Of a DNA stretch of 64,000 bases, positions 61,243-64,000 are shown piece by piece (the stretch's first letter is position 1; each line of letters begins with the position of its first letter). The DNA comes from a virus, in IMG/VR virus record IMGVR_UViG_3300045988_179859; one strand, written 5' to 3'. The translations under genes were made by a program, and so were the position numbers. The notes below the pieces were generated by a model. It worked only from the letters and a program-made list of their open reading frames with translations. It was not told where the DNA came from and did no database searches.

Positions 61243-64000
61243 ATGTTAAAAGAAACATTTAGTATGCGTAAAATTGGGAAACATTTGGTTAATGTTTCTA
61301 TGTTAGGTCTTGCTGTAGCGCCTATTGCCGGTTCAGCGTTGGCACCCGTTACTGTTTTGGCGGCTGAGCAAACTGGTCGAAAGGTTGAAAAGATTCCTTT
61401 TAAAACCGAAACTAAAGAAGATCCGACTCTTCCAAAAGGTGAAAAGAAAGTCATTCAAAAAGGTGTTGAGGGTGAAAAAGAAATTGTGACTACAACGCCA
61501 ACTGAATCACAATCTAGTCGTAAACCGGTTGATGTTATTGTTCCTTATGATGTTTCAGGGTCTACTTATGGCGGTACATCTGAACTTGATCATTTGGAAG
61601 CTGTTGCTAAACAAGGTGCGGATGATACTCGTTATTTGATTATTGGTTATGATGAAGGAAACACTCCTGATGGATTTGCTTTGCGCAAGGTTATTAAAGG
61701 TGATACTGATAGTCAAACTAAAACGACGGGAGCACGGATTTCCAAGGTTACACGGTTCTTGTCTAAACAAGAAATTTTGACATTTGTTAAGAAAGTTCGT
61801 GAATTGTTACCCGCTTCTCATCAGGATGGGTCTTGGTCTTGGGATAAAGCTATGAAAGCTTTGAAGTATTATGATCCGCAATACATGGAAGAAGATGGTA
61901 CTTCTAAAGATATTGGAACACCGTATGAAGAGATTTTTGAAAAAGGTCGTGATAAAAACAGAGCTGTTGGTATTTTATGGTTTACTGACGATTGGGAAGG
62001 TTGGGAGAAATATGATACTAGCTTTTTCGATTGGGCGCAAAAGAATCACGCTGATCAATTTTTAACGGTTGTTTATGGCGGTACTAATTCATTGTCATAT
62101 AACACGTTGACTAAGGCTGGTCAAAAAGCTATTTTGACTACGGCTGGAAAAGACCAAACCGCTCTTGCTAATGAGATCGCTGAGAAATTTACTAAACTTG
62201 TGACAATTACAACTCCGGGTAAACCAACGACTAGTGAAAAAGTTATTAAAGAACCCGTAAATGAAATTATTGCGATCGGTACTAAAGAAGCAGAACCTGT
62301 GAAACCAGCTGAGCCTACCAAACGAACTGAAGAAATTCCATTTAAGACTGAAACAAAAGAAGATCCAACTCTTCCAGAAGGTGAGAAGAAAGTCGTTCAA
62401 AAAGGGGAAAAGGGTCTTCGTGAGTTTACAACGACACCTGATGTTACTGGTAATGTGACTGGTAAAGTTGATTTTGATATTAAAGCGGGAACATCTACAT
62501 CAAAAGAGAGTACGCGTAAACCGGTCGATCTATTAGCAATTATTGATACTTCTAGTTCTATGGTTAATAATTTCGGTCGAGCTCTTGATTCAACATTAGC
62601 TCTTGTAAAATCTTTGAATGATGATGATCAAATTACATTTGCGCATTATGGTTTTAACAGCACCGATACTTATAACACGGGCAATCGTCCAGCGAATACA
62701 GGTGTTATCGGAGCTAGTAATAAGTCTTATCAGGGTGCTATGACACAACCTATGACTAAGAAAGACGCTATTGCTTATCTTGAAAAGGCTAAACAATTCA
62801 AAGTGACGGCCGCTGGTGTTCATTTAGATGAGTTTATCGCGGATATGAAAAAACAAGGTGTTAAATTCCGTGAGGATGAAAACAAGAACTATCAAGATAT
62901 CTATATGGAACATCATAAAGCGGACAGCACCGTTTCAGTCATTCAATTCACAGATGGTTGGATGGATACAGAAGATATCGATAAAGATTTTGCCGCATGG
63001 GCTACTAAAAATGCTAAAACATTTATGACTGTTTCGTATAAGAATGATGCAGGTGCTAATGGTGGACCAACTGATCAGTCTGTTCGTAAAATGACAGAAG
63101 CCGGTCATAAAAATATTTATGATGAGCGTAAAGAAGCAATTGATAATAATAAAATTATTAAACAATTTGAATCAACGGCCACTGAAAAGGTTACGGTAAC
63201 CAAGCAAGATGTCAATATTGATGTTACGTTAACTATTCCAAAAGATGCTAAATTGGAGTCAGCTGAATTGGTTACTCCAAACGGTCCTGTTAAAATGGAT
63301 ATTAAAGATAATGTAGCGGTATATTCTGGTAAGAAAGTTGCGGATGGTCATTATTCATTGACATATAAAGTATCTGGTGGAAATGGTGATGTAAAAGTTG
63401 TTGTTAATAAAGATGGTAAGGAATTGGTTTCTAAGTCTGATAAATTAACAACTACAAAAGGATCTTCCACAGATAAGATTATTAAACAACCTGTCAATGA
63501 AATTATTCATATTGGTACTAAAGGTTCTAAATCTGACGTAACTGAAAAGAAAGTACCTTTTGAAACAATTAAGAAAGATGATCCGACTCTTGAAGAAGGA
63601 CAAGAAAAAGTTGTCCAAGAAGGTGTTGAAGGTGTTATTAAAGTAACAACGACTTATGAAACTCAAAAGGGTGAAAAAGTTAAAGGTTCTGAAAAAGTAA
63701 CGGAAGAAAAAGTAACTGATAAGGTCGATAAAATTATCGCTGTCGGTACTAAAGGTTCTAAATCTGAAGTGACTGAGAAGAAAGTACCTTTCGAAACAAT
63801 CTATAAACAAGATCCAACACTTAAAAAAGGTGAAGAAAAAGTTCTTCAAGAAGGTGTTGAAGGTTTGATTAAGGTTACGACTATTTATGAAACTCAAAAA
63901 GGTAAAAAAGTAGATGGTTCTGAAAAAGTAACTGAAGAAGCAGTCACTGAAAAAGTTGATAAGATCGTGGCTCAAGGTACAATGGAAAAACGTAAAGTTC
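61243..64000 (+). CDS. large surface protein with vWA and G5 repeat domains (3' end outside the window)
   Basis: signal peptide; vWA MIDAS motifs YDVSGST and IIDTSSSM; G5 repeats …DPTLPKGEKKVIQKGVEGEKE…; no in-frame stop checked across the stretches translated by hand. Confidence 0.65.
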   Translation, partial: MLKETFSMRKIGKHLVNVSMLGLAVAPIAGSALAPVTVLAAEQTGRKVEKIPFKTETKEDPTLPKGEKKVIQKGVEGEKEIVTTTPTESQSSRKPVDVIVPYDVSGSTYGGTSELDHLEAVAKQGADDTRYLIIGYDEGNTPDGFALRKVIKGDTDSQTKTTGARISKVTRFLSKQEILTFVKKVRELLPASHQDGSWSWDKAMKALKYYDPQYMEEDGTSKDIGTPYEEIFEKGRDKNRAVGILWFTDDWEGWEKYDTSFFDWAQKNHADQFLTVVYGGTNSLSYNTLTKAGQKAILTTAGKDQTALANEIAEKFTKLVTITTPGKPTTSEKVIKEPVNEIIAIGTKEAEPVKPAEPTKRTEEIPFKTETKEDPTLPEGEKKVVQKGEKGLREFTTTPDVTGNVTGKVDFDIKAGTSTSKESTRKPVDLLAIIDTSSSMVNNFGRALDSTLALVKSLNDDDQITFAHYGFNSTDTYNTGNRPANTGVIGASNKSYQGAMTQPMTKKDAIAYLEKAKQFKVTAAGVHLDEFIADMKKQGVKFREDENKNYQDIYMEHHKADSTVSVIQFTDGWMDTEDIDKDFAAWATKNAKTFMTVSYKNDAGANGGPTDQSVRKMTEAGHKNIYDERKEAIDNNKIIKQFESTATEKVTVTKQDVNIDVTLTIPKDAKLESAELVTPNGPVKMDIKDNVAVYSGKKVADGHYSLTYKVSGGNGDVKVVVNKDGKELVSKSDKLTTTKGSSTDKIIKQPVNEIIHIGTKGSKSDVTEKKVPFETIKKDDPTLEEGQEKVVQEGVEGVIKVTTTYETQKGEKVKGSEKVTEEKVTDKVDKIIAVGTKGSKSEVTEKKVPFETIYKQDPTLKKGEEKVLQEGVEGLIKVTTIYETQKGKKVDGSEKVTEEAVTEKVDKIVAQGTMEKRKV
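63490..63960 (+). repeat. 2 near-identical tandem G5-domain repeats, about 235 bp each
   Basis: IGTKGSKSDVTEKKVPFETIKKDDPTL… versus VGTKGSKSEVTEKKVPFETIYKQDPTL…. Confidence 0.7.

Noticed and set aside
1-64000. Integrative element or prophage interpretation
   Set aside because: No integrase, att-like tRNA flank, or capsid, terminase or tail genes are present in the window. Actin-like segregation, iteron origin, relaxase, coupling protein and Topo III together favour a conjugative plasmid, although the rest of the replicon is unseen.

Overview
This window looks like about 64 kb of a large low-GC Gram-positive conjugative plasmid, not a chromosome and not a phage. The HU protein resembles those of Lactococcus and Streptococcus, and ORFs read cleanly in the standard genetic code. 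No integrase, capsid, tail, rRNA, tRNA or CRISPR is present in the window.

Layout from left to right:
(i) 1-2760 is a leader region with no convincing long ORF. It contains at least 13 near-consensus sigma-A promoters, all on the + strand, of the form TTGACA-N17-TGnTAGAAT, TAGACT or TATACT. Each drives a short transcript that ends at a rho-independent terminator, including tandem paralogous sRNA-like units.
(ii) 2764-15114 holds a HEPN-like protein and an orphan C5 cytosine methyltransferase. A minus-strand block follows with a complete class A PBP, a PASTA-domain membrane protein, NrdH, HU, a dNMP-kinase-like P-loop kinase and a P4/D5-type primase-helicase. An excisionase-like HTH protein sits next to a palindrome and an origin made of GTGGAAC iterons plus an AT-rich unwinding element.
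(iii) 15394-18946 encodes an actin-like (ParM/Alp) ATPase, a membrane protein, a DivIVA/GpsB-domain protein, a PP2C-like phosphatase and a sortase.
(iv) 19050-57064 is a large + strand transfer region. It carries topoisomerase III, a giant polytopic membrane protein and several paralogous membrane-anchored proteins. It also carries a bifunctional muramidase/CHAP peptidoglycan hydrolase, three SSB-like proteins with DDDLPF-type acidic tips and a 3-histidine relaxase. A ClpL-like double AAA+ ATPase, a 1282-aa VirD4-type coupling protein and two paralogous Vsr/DUF559-like nuclease-fold proteins are also present. No VirB4 ATPase is recognisable in the window.
(v) 57218-64000 encodes a repeat-rich adhesin with an atypical LPKTS sorting signal, a flotillin, and a partial vWA/G5 surface protein.

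An extended -10 promoter, TGTGATATAATA, recurs in front of most operons across the element.

The two most striking features are the promoter and small-RNA array at the left end and a plasmid-borne cell-envelope module. The module combines PBP1A, a PASTA protein, a GpsB-like protein, a PP2C phosphatase, an actin-like ATPase and a flotillin, and looks like a private copy of the Firmicute GpsB / PBP / Ser-Thr phosphatase circuit.
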